A DNA stretch of 64,000 bases, taken from positions 2,688,001 to 2,752,000 of the forward strand of contig CAWEEQ010000004.1 of assembly GCA_963808235.1 (NCBI GenBank). Reading direction: 5' to 3'. Positions 1-9,658 of this stretch are shown one piece after another. Numbering within the stretch: the stretch's first letter is position 1; each line of letters begins with the position of its first letter. The notes beneath the pieces are model-generated. The model saw only the letters and a program-made list of their open reading frames with translations, had not been told where the DNA came from and did no database searches. The DNA is from an uncultured delta proteobacterium (GTDB lineage: Bacteria > Desulfobacterota > Binatia > Binatales > Binataceae). The position numbers and the translations under genes are program-made.

Positions 1-6
1 TCCCAT
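1..6 (-). CDS. First codons of the next kdp-operon gene (probably KdpB), running off the window
   Basis: Minus-strand GGAGGATCTGAAA-ATG (ATG at 6..4) directly downstream of kdpA; identity inferred only from kdpFABC gene order. Confidence 0.4.
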
Positions 7-76
7 TTTCAGATCCTCCGACAAAATGCGCTCGTCTAAGACCAGGGTCCTCGAGTGTCCAGCACACTTGGCGGTC

Positions 77-1894
77 CTAACCGCCGAAGGGGATCGGCCC
101 CAAGTGATCTGCCAGCGGGCCGAGCGCGGCCACTGGCAGGAACAGGAGTGCGCCGACGATCACGATTGTGCCTAAGAGCAGACAGCCAAAGGTGGCAGTG
201 TCGTCGCGCAAAGTTCCCAGACCGAATGGCGTGCTCTTCTTCATGCCGAGAAACGCCGCCATCGCTATAGGTGCCACGATAGGAAGATAGCGGCCGAACA
301 AGATGACCAGGCCGCCTGCTATATCCCACGGCACCGCTTCCGCCGCCGGACTCGGGTTGCTGTTGAGGCCATAGCTGACTCCGAGGCCGTCAAACGCGGA
401 GCCGTTGTTAGCCGATGACGACGAGAACTGGTAGACGATCTGCGACAATCCGTGCGCGCCGGGGTTACTGGTAGCTTTCATTCCCCAACTAGTCGCAGCG
501 AACAGCCCCGACGGTCCCAGGATCAGGATCGGATGAATCAGTAGCGCGATCATCGCCAGCTTCATCTCGCGAGCGCCGATCTTCTTGCCAAGATACTCAG
601 GCGTGCGTCCAACCATCTGCCCGGCCAGAAAGATGCCGATGATTAGGAACAGCAGCAGGTTGATCATTCCCACGCCCTTGCCGCCGTAGATGCAGTTCAG
701 CCACATGCCGACGAAAGGAGATAGCCCGGCTATGGGGTTCAGGCTGTCGTGCTCGGCGTTGACCGCGCCGCACGTCACATCAACTGTTGCTGCCGCGAAC
801 GTCGCACCTGCCGAGGTTCCGAAACGCAATTCCTTGCCCTCGAGATTGCCCAGATGCTGATCGACCGGCAGTCCTGCCACGGCAGGCAGGGTAATGACTC
901 GTTTCCCACCGGGCGCACTGGCGCTCGCGATCGTGAACGTTCGACTTTGCGGATGCGCAGTAAGTCCGGGATTCGGCTTCATGGTGTCGAAGTAAATCGC
1001 CCAGACCACTGTCCCGACGAATAACAACAGCATCACCGAGAAAATGACTATCGAGTGCCGCAGCCGCTTGAGCATCCGGCCGTACATCAGGACCAGCGCC
1101 ATCGGAAACAGCATCATGCAGAAGGTGGTAAAGAAGTTCGCTCCCGCGCTCGGGTTCTCGAACGGATGGGCCGAGTTCATCCCATAGAAGCCGCCACCGT
1201 TGGTTCCCATCATCTTCATGGGCACGAAGGCCGCCAGCGGTCCTACTACGATAGTCTGCTGCTTGGGCTGACCGTTGTCCTGGGTGCCCATCGATGCAGG
1301 TTCGAGCGTATTGACCTGGTAGGTGCTCTGATAAGTCATCGGCATTCCCTGGGCCAGGAACACCAAGCTGATGACGAAGGCTGCGGGCAGGAACATGTAC
1401 AGCACCACCCGCCACATATCGACGAAGAAGTTGCCCACGTGCGGATCGCTTCTGAGCGCGCGAATGATTGCCGTGAGGGCGCACAAGCCGACCGCCGCAG
1501 AAAGAAAAAACATCGCCACACAAAAGAATATTTGGCTGAAATTCGAGAAAGCGACGTCTCCCGAATAGTGCTGGATGTTAGTGTTGGTGATGAACGAGAT
1601 GACGGTGTTGAAAATCGTGCTGGGCGCCAGCATCCCGAGCCCGCGCGGATTGAGCGGCATCAAGGGCTGCAGTGACAAGACAGCGTAGCCGTACACGAAG
1701 AGGACCGTGTTGAACACCAGCAGCGCGACTGTGTACTGCTTCCAGTTCTGCGGCCCGCTATCCAACCGCTTCTCGAACCATCCGAAGATTCGCGCCGGCT
1801 TGTAGTCGCCGTTCATGATTCGCGCCATGTAACGGCTTAACGGGATCGCGAGTACGATCGTGAAAACAATTATGGAGATTGGCAGAAGCCACAT
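77..1894 (-). CDS. kdpA: K+-transporting ATPase subunit A
   Basis: Filter motifs TNTNIQHY, GTNGGGF..NSAHPFENP, NLEGKELRFG, GGKGVG, GRTPEYLGKKI, NNGSAF; many TM helices. Confidence 0.97.
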   Translation of the reverse strand: MWLLPISIIVFTIVLAIPLSRYMARIMNGDYKPARIFGWFEKRLDSGPQNWKQYTVALLVFNTVLFVYGYAVLSLQPLMPLNPRGLGMLAPSTIFNTVISFITNTNIQHYSGDVAFSNFSQIFFCVAMFFLSAAVGLCALTAIIRALRSDPHVGNFFVDMWRVVLYMFLPAAFVISLVFLAQGMPMTYQSTYQVNTLEPASMGTQDNGQPKQQTIVVGPLAAFVPMKMMGTNGGGFYGMNSAHPFENPSAGANFFTTFCMMLFPMALVLMYGRMLKRLRHSIVIFSVMLLLFVGTVVWAIYFDTMKPNPGLTAHPQSRTFTIASASAPGGKRVITLPAVAGLPVDQHLGNLEGKELRFGTSAGATFAAATVDVTCGAVNAEHDSLNPIAGLSPFVGMWLNCIYGGKGVGMINLLLFLIIGIFLAGQMVGRTPEYLGKKIGAREMKLAMIALLIHPILILGPSGLFAATSWGMKATSNPGAHGLSQIVYQFSSSSANNGSAFDGLGVSYGLNSNPSPAAEAVPWDIAGGLVILFGRYLPIVAPIAMAAFLGMKKSTPFGLGTLRDDTATFGCLLLGTIVIVGALLFLPVAALGPLADHLGPIPFGG

Positions 1895-1936
1895 AGGCCT
1901 TAAGTCCTCTTCTTGGATGTCAGCGGGTCGTGATGA

Positions 1937-2017
1937 CTAGAACCACTCAGGCCGAACCATCGCGGTAACCAGGTAGACGAACGCGAGGGCCGCCACGACT
2001 GCGGTTAGATAGATCAT
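1937..2017 (-). CDS. kdpF: K+-transporting ATPase subunit F (26 aa, not in ORF track)
   Basis: Hand translation MIYLTAVVAALAFVYLVTAMVRPEWF matches the KdpF YL..A...PE.F pattern; GGGAGA RBS; immediately upstream of kdpA. Confidence 0.9.
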   Translation of the reverse strand: MIYLTAVVAALAFVYLVTAMVRPEWF

Positions 2018-2397
2018 AGTTGTCTCCCTAAATTTTCTCGCAGGCGACTAAAAACGCGAAACAGAGGCCGAGGCCGAGCAGGCCCAATAGGAATGTTGCC
2101 GGCAACCACACTTCCACGTTCATCGGAATTCCTCCGTGGTTCGAGATTCACGATATAAGCTTTGATGGGGTAGCGAGTTTCCAGCTCGACGAGCGCGGGA
2201 CATGGTCCCTCCGCAAAAGTGGCGAAGCGGCTCGAGCTATCCGGACCGGCCATCGGATGGCCGTCGTCATCTAACACTACAACTCGTTTTTCTGAGACAA
2301 GGAAGTGCCAATTGCATCGGATGCAGTAATAGAGTCGAGCCTTGCGCCCAAACAGCGCGCTATCGCACATCGGCCCAATAACAAACTCGTGCCTCAT
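2014..2397 (-). CDS. Hypothetical Cys/His-containing protein at the head of the kdp operon
   Basis: ORF with H...YYCIRCNWHF...GPCP; its TGA overlaps the kdpF ATG (ATGA); start uncertain (2397 vs 2448). Confidence 0.45.
   Translation of the reverse strand: MRHEFVIGPMCDSALFGRKARLYYCIRCNWHFLVSEKRVVVLDDDGHPMAGPDSSSRFATFAEGPCPALVELETRYPIKAYIVNLEPRRNSDERGSVVAGNIPIGPARPRPLFRVFSRLRENLGRQL
2028..2123 (-). CDS. 31-aa single-TM peptide upstream of kdpF (not in ORF track)
   Basis: MNVEVWLPATFLLGLLGLGLCFAFLVACEKI; strong GGAGG RBS 7 nt before ATG; stop abuts the kdpF RBS. Confidence 0.75.
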   Translation of the reverse strand: MNVEVWLPATFLLGLLGLGLCFAFLVACEKI

Positions 2398-2462
2398 GTT
2401 CGGCACGTGCCGTTCGGAGCTGGAGAATCGATTTCCCCAAAGTTTCATGAGACTGTGCTAAG

Positions 2463-2477
2463 GCATTTTCCGGGCCA
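2463..2477 (-). promoter_or_regulatory. Sigma54 (-24/-12) promoter of the kdp operon
   Basis: Minus strand TGGCCCGGAAAATGC has GG-N10-GC spacing. Confidence 0.6.
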
Positions 2478-2544
2478 TAGCGAAAACCCGCGGAATCAAT
2501 CGCAAAATCAAAATGCACTGCTCGAGCCGCCTCGAGCCCTCTGC

Positions 2545-2574
2545 TTCAAAATGAAATGTGGAATGCATTTTGAA
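2545..2574. promoter_or_regulatory. Inverted repeat, candidate enhancer-binding protein site
   Basis: TTCAAAATG-N12-CATTTTGAA about 70-100 bp upstream of the sigma54 motif; an extra CAAAATG half-site near 2509. Confidence 0.45.
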
Positions 2575-2885
2575 ATCTCGCGCATGGGCTCGACGCATCA
2601 CGCCGTGAGGCGAGGCAATCGCTGGCTGGCGACATTAGATGCGAAGCGTTGAAATGCGGCTGAAAAGTAATTTGCAGCGCAAGGGTGACTTTCGCGACGC
2701 GGCGGCCCGTCACCCCCAATTACGTACGCCAGCGCTGGCCAGAAACTGGATTAAGAATTTGTGATCATTATGGCTCTTGACGTTAACGATCTGCGGGACT
2801 AATGACGGAATCGGAAGAATGAAGGCTTTGGGCAGGTTCTAAAATTCGAGGCGTCGGCAGCCACATGCCGAAGAGAGGAGCTGAT

Positions 2886-4205
2886 ATGAATCGCGCATTG
2901 AGATGCGGAGCACAGTGCGTCGGCCTCCTGACCGCACTGGCAATCATGATCGGATTCTTCAACGCACCGGCGTCAGCACAGGTGCACCCGGGAGACTTCA
3001 TCACTCCGGACAACGCGGCGCAGATCAAGGACCTCGTTACCCCGGGTCAGTACTTGCGCGTGCTGCACGGAATGACGATCAAAGTCGTTCCGACCGAGCG
3101 CATCGACTGGCCGCCGCCATACAAGGATGCGACCGAGAAATATTCGAGCCAGGTGAGACTGACGGCGGACCACCGGAGCCTGCTTGGCTACGTCGCGGGC
3201 GAGCCGTTTCCGCTCATCGACGCCAACGATCCGGACGCCGGGACCAAGGTGATGTGGAACATGGCGTTTCGGCCGATCTCGAGCGACGAGTACGACTTGC
3301 GATGGTTCGATTGCGACAGCGTCTACTGGGGCAGGAACGCGCCCTTCCGTGAAATCACCGACATCGAGGTCGGGCACTACGCTGGCTACAACGAAGTCGG
3401 ACGGACCGAAGTGAATCCTATGCCGATCGATCCGGACTTCAAGAAAACCGGGCGCTACTTCCTGGGTCTGCTCTACCCGGTTCTGTCGCCCCAGGATGCG
3501 CGCGGCACGGGACTGATCAAGTTCCGCTATGCCGATCCAAACATCCAGGACGCCTCGTGGACGTGGACCCCCGGCGCGCGCCGCGTCCGCCGTCTGAACT
3601 ACGCGATCCTAGACAGCGCGACTGGAGCGCAGGCTTATGATCCGAATCACTACGAAGGCTTCAGCGGCAAGAACGAAAACTACAATTTCAGACTGATCGG
3701 CGAAAAGAATATGCTTGCGTCGATCAACATCGCGCACGTGCCCGACGTCCGCTGCCCGACCGACGGTGGGGCGAGTCATTGTCCCGACAACTGGGAATTG
3801 CGGCATGAGTACATTATCGAGGGCAAACCACGACCGGGCCGTTTCAACTCGCTCTACGATCACGAAGTTCTCTATGTCGATTCCGAAGCGGTCTTCGTCA
3901 TGGCGAACGACATCTATGATCGTGGCGGTCAGTTGTTCATTAACTACACGTCGTGGATGCGCTACTCGGATCGTTCGGAGCCAGACGCCAAAATCGCGAT
4001 CTATCCCTTCAAGCGCGAGTTCCAGTCCGGTTCGTCAAGCATCAACCTGCAGAGCGGTTTCTCGACCGTCTGCTATCACCCGTCGCCGGATGCACCGTCG
4101 CGCGATTCGTGGTTCATCAATATGGGCTCAGTCGATCGCGACTGGTTCACGCCCGAACAGATGGCCGCGGCAGCCGAAGGCGGACATGGCGTCAGCGGCG
4201 ACTGA
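2886..4205 (+). CDS. DUF1329 / outer-membrane lipoprotein-sorting (LolA-like) family exported protein
   Basis: Signal peptide; ATEKYS.QV.L, G.PFP.ID.NDP.AG.K..WN, W.W.P..RRVRR, D.YDR.G.L motifs; GAGAGGAG RBS before ATG 2886. Confidence 0.8.
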   Translation: MNRALRCGAQCVGLLTALAIMIGFFNAPASAQVHPGDFITPDNAAQIKDLVTPGQYLRVLHGMTIKVVPTERIDWPPPYKDATEKYSSQVRLTADHRSLLGYVAGEPFPLIDANDPDAGTKVMWNMAFRPISSDEYDLRWFDCDSVYWGRNAPFREITDIEVGHYAGYNEVGRTEVNPMPIDPDFKKTGRYFLGLLYPVLSPQDARGTGLIKFRYADPNIQDASWTWTPGARRVRRLNYAILDSATGAQAYDPNHYEGFSGKNENYNFRLIGEKNMLASINIAHVPDVRCPTDGGASHCPDNWELRHEYIIEGKPRPGRFNSLYDHEVLYVDSEAVFVMANDIYDRGGQLFINYTSWMRYSDRSEPDAKIAIYPFKREFQSGSSSINLQSGFSTVCYHPSPDAPSRDSWFINMGSVDRDWFTPEQMAAAAEGGHGVSGD

Positions 4206-4362
4206 GGTCAGATCGAGGGACAGAACCACGTGGAAATTTAGCTAGACGCGGCCCCAAGTCAGAGATAATGCCGGCGCAGCCAGTGATGGTTGCGCCGGTT
4301 TTCATTTGCGTCGCTCCAATCGTATCGCGCAAGCATAACCCTACCGATACAATCTCATCAGG

Positions 4363-5418
4363 ATGAACGGCGACATCGGGTTCGAACAATGGGCAGCGGA
4401 AGCGATCGCGCGGCAATGGCCTGGAGCGCGGATCGACAAAATCGCGGCGCTCAAGGGAGATCTCTCGACGCGGCGATTCTGGCGCGTCTGGATAGCTTCG
4501 CGCCAGAACAATGGCTCTCCACCGACGGCGATCGTTGTCGACCTGGGCCCCGACGATTTCCCACGCTACGTACGCGCATTAGATCTCTTATCCCATCAGC
4601 CGTCCGAGCCGCCGTGGATTAACGTCCACCGCTTTCTAAGCGCGCTTGGCACACCAGTTCCCGCGCTCTATGATGCAGCTCCCCAGCGCCGCGCTATGCT
4701 GATCGAAGACGTGGGCGAAGTTTCGCTGCACACTGCCGCGCTCCATACCGATGCTGACATCTCGGATCTTTTCCGCCTCGCCACGGAGGAACTGCTGCGT
4801 TTGCACGTCGAAGGAACTCTGAAGATCGACGATCGATGCATCGCGTGCGGAATCGCGTACGAAGGGCGGCTGTTTGAGTGGGAGATGAAGGAGTTCAAGG
4901 AAATCGGCCTCGCGGTGGTCGCTCCCGGAGCGGCGCCGGCATCCATCGAGCCTGAGCTTGCGATGCTCGCGAGGCGATTGGGCAGCTATCCGCGCGTGTT
5001 CTCGCATCGCGACTACCACCGCGAGAATCTTTACGTTCAGAACGAGCGGCGGATTCGAATAATCGATTTCCAGGACGCTCTCATGGCGCCGGCTGCGCAA
5101 GACCTCGCAGTATTGTTGACGACTCGCGATACCGACGATGTAGTCACGCCCGCGATCGAGCGCCGCATCCTGGATTTCTACTACGCGGGGCTGAGCCGGC
5201 GAGGCGTTGTCACGCTCGCGCACGGGGATTTTATTACCAGCTACCGATTGTGCGTGCTGCAGCACGCGCTCAAGATGATCGGACGTTTCGAGATGTTCGA
5301 GCGCGACGGCAAGACAGGATATCGCGCGTTCATCCCGCACGTGCTCATGCAAGCGCGGCGGATGCTGGCTGAAATGCGCCGCGATTTTCCTGAGCTCTGT
5401 GGCGTGCTGAGCGCGTAG
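4363..5418 (+). CDS. amgK: Anomeric MurNAc/GlcNAc kinase (APH-like phosphotransferase)
   Basis: GDLSTRRFWR, HRDYHRENL, IDFQDA, DLAVLL, QHALKMIGRF motifs; adjacent to a nucleotidyltransferase. Confidence 0.75.
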   Translation: MNGDIGFEQWAAEAIARQWPGARIDKIAALKGDLSTRRFWRVWIASRQNNGSPPTAIVVDLGPDDFPRYVRALDLLSHQPSEPPWINVHRFLSALGTPVPALYDAAPQRRAMLIEDVGEVSLHTAALHTDADISDLFRLATEELLRLHVEGTLKIDDRCIACGIAYEGRLFEWEMKEFKEIGLAVVAPGAAPASIEPELAMLARRLGSYPRVFSHRDYHRENLYVQNERRIRIIDFQDALMAPAAQDLAVLLTTRDTDDVVTPAIERRILDFYYAGLSRRGVVTLAHGDFITSYRLCVLQHALKMIGRFEMFERDGKTGYRAFIPHVLMQARRMLAEMRRDFPELCGVLSA

Positions 5419-5437
5419 CGTGAGAGTCTGAAAGCAA

Positions 5438-6217
5438 ATGCGAGCACTGGTACTGGCAGCGGGAATGGGAGAGCGGCTGCGGCCGCTCAGCCTCGAAACT
5501 CCGAAGCCCATGCTCCCGATCGCCGGACGGCCGCTGATTCATTATCCGCTCGCGATGCTGAAGCGGGCGGGAATCACCGAGGTCGCAATCAACGTCCATC
5601 ACCTGGCTGGCAAGATTCAAGATGGACTCGGCGACGGTTCGCGACTTGGATTGCGCATCACGTATGCGCCCGAGCCCGTGCTGCTGGGCACCGGCGGTCC
5701 GCTCAACGGTTTGCGCGAGTACCTCGGCGGGGGCTCATTTGTGATCGCTAACGGCGACACGATTCTGGATCTCGATCTCGGCGCCATGATCGCCGTGCAT
5801 CGCGATCGCGCCGCGCTCGCAACGATCGCACTCTTCAAGCCCGCAAATCTCGACTACTACAGTTTGATCGAAATCGACACCGACGAGCGAATCCGCCGCA
5901 TGCGCCTGCTCAAGCGCCGCAGTCCGCTCGAATTTGACGATTTCCCCAAAGACCTCGCACCAGCCGCCGCGTCAGCGCTTTCATCGTACATGTATTGCGG
6001 CGTGATCGTCGCGGAACCCGCCGTCCTCGACCTGGTACCGGCGCCGCCGCCGTGGAGCCTGATGACGGGGTTGTTCGCACCGATGGTCTCCGCCGGGTTG
6101 CCGGTATTCGGCCGGGTGCATCGCGGCTACTTCCGCACCATCGACGATTTACAAAGTTACGACGCGTTGAAGGCCGAGTTCGCGTCGTCGCCGCCCAAAG
6201 ATTTCTTTGCTGATTAG
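5438..6217 (+). CDS. murU: NDP-sugar pyrophosphorylase (MurNAc-1P uridylyltransferase-like)
   Basis: LAAGMGERLRPL..TPKP, EPVLLGTGG, NGD; amgK-murU synteny. Confidence 0.7.
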   Translation: MRALVLAAGMGERLRPLSLETPKPMLPIAGRPLIHYPLAMLKRAGITEVAINVHHLAGKIQDGLGDGSRLGLRITYAPEPVLLGTGGPLNGLREYLGGGSFVIANGDTILDLDLGAMIAVHRDRAALATIALFKPANLDYYSLIEIDTDERIRRMRLLKRRSPLEFDDFPKDLAPAAASALSSYMYCGVIVAEPAVLDLVPAPPPWSLMTGLFAPMVSAGLPVFGRVHRGYFRTIDDLQSYDALKAEFASSPPKDFFAD

Positions 6218-6221
6218 TCGA

Positions 6222-7160
6222 CTACCAGTGCATGAACGCCGCGATCAGGAACGCAGCTATCATCAGCAAGCCGAACTCCATGTGAAGCTGGACAGAACGG
6301 AACAGTGCGAGGTTGAGCTTCTTCGGCGCGCTCTCTCGCATCACGATTCGAATCTGGTCGAGCGCGCGCGGCACCGTGATGAAAACGACCAGCGCAATCC
6401 ACGGGAGCGTATGCGCGAGCACGGCCGCAATCGTCGTCGCGTAGGCGGCAACATCGAGCGCAACGAGTTCGTAATTGGCGCCAGTGCGTCCGAGCATCGT
6501 CGCAATCGTTCGCTTTCCGTGGCGCGTGTCGCTCTCGATGTCGCGAATATTATTTGCGTGCAAGATTCCGGCGACCATGAAACCGAGCGGTATCGACGCC
6601 CACAAAGCCGTAGCAGAGAAATGCAGCGCCATGACAAAATACGCGCCGAGCACGATCACCGGACCCATGAAGACGAACACGGTCAACTCGCCGAGCGCCA
6701 CGTACGCAAGTGACACCGGGCTCGCGGTATAGAAGTAGCCGGCCGCGATGCTCGGAATTCCGAGCGCGAGGATCGGCCACCCGCAAAGCGAGACCAGGAT
6801 AAGTCCGATCACAGCGCCGATCGCGAACGCTAAGATTCCGCCGCGCCAGACCTGCTCCGGCGTCAGCAGTCCGCGCTGAATTACCATGCTCGGCCCTAGC
6901 GACTCCTCGGAATCGGCGCCGCTGCGGTAATCGTAGTAGTCGTTGATAAGGTTGGTGCCGGCCTGGATCGCGATCGCGCCGACCAGCGCGAGAACCATGC
7001 GGCCCAGGGAGAAATATCCGGCACGCGCCGCAATCGCGACCCCGAGAAACACCGGGATCGCGGCCGCACTCAGCGATGGCGCGCGAACCGCCTGAATCCA
7101 AATCGAGAAGGCGCTCGGGCGCGTTCCGCCTTCGTGTGAAATTACGCCAGCGTCAGCCAT
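6222..7160 (-). CDS. menA: 1,4-dihydroxy-2-naphthoate octaprenyltransferase
   Basis: NLINDYYDY..GAD and ANNIRDIESD...GKRT motifs, LGEL.VF..MGP, multiple TMs. Confidence 0.9.
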   Translation of the reverse strand: MADAGVISHEGGTRPSAFSIWIQAVRAPSLSAAAIPVFLGVAIAARAGYFSLGRMVLALVGAIAIQAGTNLINDYYDYRSGADSEESLGPSMVIQRGLLTPEQVWRGGILAFAIGAVIGLILVSLCGWPILALGIPSIAAGYFYTASPVSLAYVALGELTVFVFMGPVIVLGAYFVMALHFSATALWASIPLGFMVAGILHANNIRDIESDTRHGKRTIATMLGRTGANYELVALDVAAYATTIAAVLAHTLPWIALVVFITVPRALDQIRIVMRESAPKKLNLALFRSVQLHMEFGLLMIAAFLIAAFMHW

Positions 7161-7173
7161 GGTGATCTGGAAG

Positions 7174-9651
7174 CTACACTAAAACGTTCGCGCTCTTGAG
7201 TCTCGCAATTTCTTCGGCGCTGTAGCCGAGCAGATCGGTCAGCACCTCTTCGGTATTCTCGCCGATCGCCGGAGCGCCGCGATAGTCCAGATCGATCGCG
7301 CCGAACCGCACCGGAATTCCCGCCACTACGCGCTCGCCGACCTCGCTATGCTTCAATTTCACCAGCATCCCGGAATCCGCAAACGCCGGATCGTTCATCA
7401 ACTCAGGCGTGCTGTAAACGGGGCCCGCCGCAAGATCGAGTCCGCGGAGCTTGGCAACAAGCTCATCGCGATCGAAGCTGCGCGTGCGTGCGGCAATAGC
7501 CCGCTCGAGTTCCTCGAGATTGGAAAGGCGCCCCGCAACTTTTGCGAACCTTGGATCGGCGGCCATCGCCGATATGCCGAGCGTCTCGCACAGCTTCGCG
7601 AATTCCTCGTCCGCGGCGATCGCAATCGCGATCCACTTGTCGTCGCCAGCCACTGGGAACACTCCGTGCGGCGCCATCGATTCGTCGCGATTTCCCGCCC
7701 CGCCCTGGTCGCGCCCGTTCATCAGAAAATCCATCATTGCCTCGGGCATCATCGTGGTGACCATCTCGGCCATCGACAGATCGAGATACTGCCCCTCGCC
7801 GGTGCGATCGCGATGGTGCAACGCGGCCAGCAGGAAGAACACCATCCCGGTGCCCACCGCGAAATCGGGCCAGGTGCCGCCGATCCCGCACGGAAACGAA
7901 TCCGGATAACCGGTGATATGGCACAGCCCCGCGAATGCCTGCGTCGTCGGGCCGAATCCCACCGTCCGCGCGAACGGTCCATCCTGTCCGAGCGGCGTTC
8001 CGCTCAGCATGATGAGGTCCGGTTTGATCTTGATCAGATCGTCGTAGCCAAGTCCGTACTTGGCCATGTTACCGACCGTGAAATTCTCCGTGACGAAATC
8101 ACTGCGCATGATTATTTTACGCGCGATCTCCCGTGCCTCCGGCTCCACCAAATTCAGCGCAACGCTGCGCCGCGATGTATTGATCGCGTGGAACACTCCG
8201 CTCCGGTTGAATCCGGGCACGCCATCCGTCCCGGTCAGAAATCGCACCAGGTCCGGCGCCAGCGCGCTCTCGATTCGTATGACGTCGGCTCCCAAGGCGC
8301 CCAGCCACGCCGTCGTGTGCGGGACCGCGAAGATCCATCCGAAGTCCGCTATCCGGATTCCTTCGAGCGGCCGCCTTGCCTTCACCCGATCCGTCTTCCT
8401 TCCAAACTCGCTCGATCCCGCTTCGACTCGCTTCGGTCGCCCGCCGAGAATCTGCTGATTGTGCTCGCCAATGCGCGGCGCACCACGCACGATTCGCCAT
8501 GGCGTGCTCGAGAACTTGCAAGGCGCGCCGGGCATCCGCACTTCGCCCGCCGCCGAATTCTCTTGCGCGACGAAAAACCGTCGTGCCTTGTACTGCTCGT
8601 TGCTCGCGACTTCCGCCGGAGTATGAACCGGGAAGCACGGCACATGCTCCGTCTGGGCCTTTTCGAAAGCCTCAGCTCGCGTATGCGAAGATAGCCAGTC
8701 GATTACTCCGGCTTCGACCGCGTCAATGTGCGCAACCCGTCCGAGCACGGTCTGGAATAGCTCGACGTCCATCCACTCGGGACTACCCATCGCCTTCTTC
8801 GCGCCGCGCCAGAACCGATCGGTTCCAACGCTGAAGCTGACCCATCCGTCCTTGCACGGATAAACCCACTGCCCGCTGGTCTTGAAACGCGTAGTCAGTC
8901 GTTGAAACGCCGCCGAGTCGTGCGCCTCATGAGAGTAAAATCCGAGATTGGGCCGAATCATGCTGATCATCGCGAGCCACTGGCTCACATCCACATGCTG
9001 GCCGGCGCCATTAGCCTTTCGACTATATAGTGCGCACATCGCGGCCGCCGCGGCTGTATAGCCAGTCAAATAGTCAGATTGCCTTCCGCCCAGCTTCAGC
9101 GGCGGTTGATTCGGCGGATCGGTCACCTGATGCCAGGGCGTCTCGTAACCCACTCCGCTCATATGAGTCGAGACGAGATCGCCGCCGCGGAGATTTTTGT
9201 ACCGCGATTCGGCGCCGAAAAAAGTCACCGAGACCACGATCAGCTTTGGAAATCGCGCCGTCAGCGTGCGCCAGTCGATCCCGAGACTCTCGTTCAGTTC
9301 GGGACGATTCGGATTGAAGACAATATCGGCGTCGACGAGCAAATCGAACAGCTGATCGCGGCTGCGCCGGTCTTCCAGGTCGAGCGTCACGCCGAGCTTG
9401 TTGGTGTTCAAATAAAGATGAAGCCCGCCGGTTTCGAGGTCGGATATCGAATCGCGAAACGGTCCGAGTGCGCGCTCCTTTGAGCCTGTTTGCGGCGGCT
9501 CGACTTTGATTACTTCCGCCCCAAAATCGGCGAACGACTTCGCCGCCATCGCCGCCGCCAGGAACGGCATCGTATCGAGACTCGGCAGCTCGACGACCCT
9601 CAGATCATCGAGCGCGCGCGGCTGATTCCGGGACTCCTCGAATCGCGCCAT
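7174..9651 (-). CDS. Tandem two-domain CaiB/BaiF (family III) CoA-transferase
   Basis: Two repeats: ADFGAEVIKVEPP...LNTNKLGVTLDL and LGALGADVIRIES...INTSRRSVALNL; C-terminal AP..GE(H/N) motifs. Confidence 0.9.
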   Translation of the reverse strand: MARFEESRNQPRALDDLRVVELPSLDTMPFLAAAMAAKSFADFGAEVIKVEPPQTGSKERALGPFRDSISDLETGGLHLYLNTNKLGVTLDLEDRRSRDQLFDLLVDADIVFNPNRPELNESLGIDWRTLTARFPKLIVVSVTFFGAESRYKNLRGGDLVSTHMSGVGYETPWHQVTDPPNQPPLKLGGRQSDYLTGYTAAAAAMCALYSRKANGAGQHVDVSQWLAMISMIRPNLGFYSHEAHDSAAFQRLTTRFKTSGQWVYPCKDGWVSFSVGTDRFWRGAKKAMGSPEWMDVELFQTVLGRVAHIDAVEAGVIDWLSSHTRAEAFEKAQTEHVPCFPVHTPAEVASNEQYKARRFFVAQENSAAGEVRMPGAPCKFSSTPWRIVRGAPRIGEHNQQILGGRPKRVEAGSSEFGRKTDRVKARRPLEGIRIADFGWIFAVPHTTAWLGALGADVIRIESALAPDLVRFLTGTDGVPGFNRSGVFHAINTSRRSVALNLVEPEAREIARKIIMRSDFVTENFTVGNMAKYGLGYDDLIKIKPDLIMLSGTPLGQDGPFARTVGFGPTTQAFAGLCHITGYPDSFPCGIGGTWPDFAVGTGMVFFLLAALHHRDRTGEGQYLDLSMAEMVTTMMPEAMMDFLMNGRDQGGAGNRDESMAPHGVFPVAGDDKWIAIAIAADEEFAKLCETLGISAMAADPRFAKVAGRLSNLEELERAIAARTRSFDRDELVAKLRGLDLAAGPVYSTPELMNDPAFADSGMLVKLKHSEVGERVVAGIPVRFGAIDLDYRGAPAIGENTEEVLTDLLGYSAEEIARLKSANVLV

Positions 9652-9658
9652 GGCTAAG

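Noticed and set aside
7348-8694. Long antisense ORFs (also 28264-29616, 39309-40343, 44602-45633, 47207-48244)
   Set aside because: Shadow frames of high-GC genes with no motifs
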